Positions 61,442-64,000 of a stretch of DNA of 64,000 nt are shown one piece after another. The translations under genes were made by a program, and so were the position numbers. Source of the stretch: an uncultured delta proteobacterium (lineage in GTDB: Bacteria > Desulfobacterota > Desulfobaccia > Desulfobaccales > 0-14-0-80-60-11); contig CAWETI010000002.1 in NCBI GenBank assembly GCA_963812015.1, positions 1,216,001 to 1,280,000 on the forward strand, read 5' to 3'. The notes under the pieces are model-generated. The model worked only from the letters and a program-made list of their open reading frames with translations. It searched no databases and had not been told where the DNA came from. Each line of letters opens with the position of its first letter. Positions within the stretch are counted from its first letter, which is position 1.

Positions 61442-63982
61442 ATGACCGGCCCCCCGTCAGACAAAATCACCCCCATGTTGCGGCAGTACCTGGACCTGAA
61501 GGACCAGTACCCCGACGCCCTGGTGCTCTTTCAGATAGGGGATTTTTACGAGACTTTCTTCGGCGACGCTGAGGTGGCCGCCAACGCCCTGAATATCGCC
61601 CTCACCTCCCGTTCCCGCCAGGGGGACGAACGCATTCCCTTGGCCGGCTTTCCCATCCATGCGGCCGCCAGCTATATCCCCCGCCTCCTGGAGCAGGGAT
61701 TCAAGGTGGTGGTGTGCGACCAGACGGAGGACCCGGCCCAGGCCAAGGGCCTGGTGCGCCGGGAAGTAACCCGCATCCTCACCCGGGGCACCGTGGTGGA
61801 CCCCGCCGCCCTGGACGCCCGCACCGACAACTATCTGGCGGCGGTGACTTTTAAGGGACCCAGGTGGGGTCTGGCTTTTCTCGAGCTGTCCACGGGGGAA
61901 TTCCGCCTCACCGAGGGGGAGGGCGCCGATGCCCTGGCCGATGAACTGTGGCGCCTGAAGCCCGCGGAGCTGGTGGTCCCGGACAACCAGGACCCGGCCC
62001 GCCTGGCGGCGGCCCTGATCCCCTTTGACATCCCGCCCATTCAGCGGCTGGTATCGTCATACGCCTTCGATTTCGAGGCGGCCCGGCAGGAAGTGGGGCG
62101 CGCCCTGGGCACCCTCTTCCTGGATGGCTTTGGGGTGGACGTCTCCCCCTTGGGGGTGGCCGCGGCCGGGGCTATCCTCCGGTATCTGAAGGATTCCCAC
62201 ACTCCCAATCTGCCTCACCTGGACCGCCTCTTGTCCTACCGCCGGGACGACTTTCTGGGCCTGGATGAGGCCACCCTGCGGCACCTGGAGATTTTCGAAA
62301 CCTGGCGCAGCCGGGCCCGGCAGGGGTCGCTGCTGGAAACCCTGGACGACACCGTCACTCCCATGGGAGCCCGGCGCCTGAGCCAGTGGCTGCGTTATCC
62401 CTTGCAGGACCGGGCCCAGATCGAGGCCCGCCTGGACGCGGTGGAGTTTTTTAAAGAGGATGGCATCCTGCGCCAGCGTTGGCGCCAGACCCTGAAAGGG
62501 CTGGGGGACCTGGAACGTCTCACCGCCCGGATAGCCTTGGAGCAGGCCACGCCCCGGGAGGTGGGGGCCGTGCGAGAGGCCCTGGCCCGGGTGCCACGGC
62601 TTCAAGCCTTGCTGCCCGAGGACCTCCCGGCCCTGGTGGCTGAGGTGGCGGCCGATCTGGATGGGCTGCCCGAACTCCGGGACCTGATCGGTCGGGCCCT
62701 GGCGGACGATCCCCCGGCCAATCTTGCGGCCGGTGGCATCATCCGGGAGGGGTACGACCCCGAGTTGGACGAACTCATAACCCGCAACCGGGAGGGCAAA
62801 GACTGGATCGCCCGCCTGGAGGCCGCCGAACGGGCCCGGACCGGCATCAATTCCCTGAAGGTGCGCTACAATAAGGTCTTCGGCTATTATCTAGAGGTGT
62901 CCCGGGCCAACCTGCATTTAGTCCCCGCCGATTACCTCCGCAAGCAGACCCTGGTGAATGCCGAGCGCTTCATCACCGCCGACTTGAAGGAGTATGAGTC
63001 CCGGGTCCTGGGGGCGGAAGAGGAGCGCCTCAAACGGGAAATGGCCCTGTTCCAGGACTTGCGCCGGCGTCTGGGGGAGGAGGTCCACCGCCTCAAGCAG
63101 GTGGCTCGGGCCCTGGGTATCCTGGACGTATGCGCCGCCCTGGCCGAGGTGGCTGCCCTGCGCCGGTATCACCGGCCCCGGGTGGTGGCTGAGCCGCGGC
63201 TCATGATCAAGCAGGGACGCCACCCGGTCATCGAACGCGTCCTGCCCACCGGCAGTTTCGTGCCCAACGATATCGCCATGGACGCCGACTCCCAGGTGCT
63301 CATCGTCACCGGGCCCAACATGAGCGGCAAATCCACCATTCTGCGCCAGGTGGCGCTGATAACGCTCCTGGCCCATCTGGGCAGTTTTGTCCCCGCAACG
63401 GAGGCGGTGATCGGCCTCACTGACCGAATCTTCACCCGGGTGGGGGCGGTGGATGATATCGGCCGGGGTCAGAGCACCTTTCTGGTGGAGATGCACGAAA
63501 CCGCCCGCATCCTGCACCAGGCCACCCCCCGGAGCCTGGTAATCCTGGATGAGATCGGCCGGGGCACCTCCACCTTCGACGGCCTGGCCCTGGCCTGGGC
63601 CGTGGCCGAACACCTTCACGACCTTCAAGGCGCGGGAGTCAAAACCCTGTTTGCCACCCATTACCAGGAACTCACGGAACTGAGCCTTCTCAAGCCCCGG
63701 GTGCGCAACTTCCAGGTGCTGGTGACGGAATCGGCGGGAAATATCGTGTTCCTCCACCGGCTGGCTCCCGGCGCCGCCTCCCAGAGCTACGGCATCCAGG
63801 TGGCCAAGCTGGCCGGTGTTCCCCGGGAAGTCATCGTCCGGGCCCAGGAGGTCCTGGAGAACCTGGAGGCCGGAAGCCTGGACCCCACGGGCCTCCCCCG
63901 CCTGGCCCGCTCCCGGCGGCGCCAGTCCAAGGAAACCCCCCAACCCACCCTGTTCGACCCGCCCTCGGAAGAGCCTCGATAA
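61442..63982 (+). CDS. mutS: DNA mismatch repair protein MutS
   Basis: TPMLRQY, GDFYE, GPNMSGKST, STFLVEM, DEIGRGTST, ATHY, SYGI. Confidence 0.98.
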   Translation: MTGPPSDKITPMLRQYLDLKDQYPDALVLFQIGDFYETFFGDAEVAANALNIALTSRSRQGDERIPLAGFPIHAAASYIPRLLEQGFKVVVCDQTEDPAQAKGLVRREVTRILTRGTVVDPAALDARTDNYLAAVTFKGPRWGLAFLELSTGEFRLTEGEGADALADELWRLKPAELVVPDNQDPARLAAALIPFDIPPIQRLVSSYAFDFEAARQEVGRALGTLFLDGFGVDVSPLGVAAAGAILRYLKDSHTPNLPHLDRLLSYRRDDFLGLDEATLRHLEIFETWRSRARQGSLLETLDDTVTPMGARRLSQWLRYPLQDRAQIEARLDAVEFFKEDGILRQRWRQTLKGLGDLERLTARIALEQATPREVGAVREALARVPRLQALLPEDLPALVAEVAADLDGLPELRDLIGRALADDPPANLAAGGIIREGYDPELDELITRNREGKDWIARLEAAERARTGINSLKVRYNKVFGYYLEVSRANLHLVPADYLRKQTLVNAERFITADLKEYESRVLGAEEERLKREMALFQDLRRRLGEEVHRLKQVARALGILDVCAALAEVAALRRYHRPRVVAEPRLMIKQGRHPVIERVLPTGSFVPNDIAMDADSQVLIVTGPNMSGKSTILRQVALITLLAHLGSFVPATEAVIGLTDRIFTRVGAVDDIGRGQSTFLVEMHETARILHQATPRSLVILDEIGRGTSTFDGLALAWAVAEHLHDLQGAGVKTLFATHYQELTELSLLKPRVRNFQVLVTESAGNIVFLHRLAPGAASQSYGIQVAKLAGVPREVIVRAQEVLENLEAGSLDPTGLPRLARSRRRQSKETPQPTLFDPPSEEPR

Positions 63983-64000
63983 GCTATCGATTGAACAGAA

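Overview
A GC-rich bacterial chromosome segment, probably Desulfobacterota (Desulfobacca-like; inferred from gene content only). The backbone is housekeeping: metG 5' end, pfkA, gpsA, gyrA, murU/amgK-like genes, tamAB, an EndoQ-UvrD fusion, pyk, a GH57 enzyme, lpxC, mtaB, mnmA, aroF/aroB, tsaA, tRNA-Gly/Cys, mdh, a menA-like gene and mutS. Four accessory layers sit on it. (1) Three small AT-rich toxin/defence-like islets: a CBS+HEPN gene broken by one TAA; hicAB + MNT + an atypical RxxxxH gene broken by one TGA, lying between duplicated hicB copies; and an NDT/TIR-like gene beside a RAYT transposase. Each has GTAG-type REP hairpins at or near an edge. (2) A decayed island at tRNA-Cys with integrase, GH13, RAYT and IS1380 remnants, two Flp pilins, a c-di-GMP-I riboswitch, a B12 radical SAM gene and a secretin-less Tad cluster. 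(3) G/C-tract palindromic repeats that occur between genes and also translated inside UvrD, GpsA and MtaB. (4) An orphan ParA with a small basic-tailed partner, divergent from a PilZ gene that has a sigma54-type promoter. All calls come from reading motifs by eye; no database searches were run.
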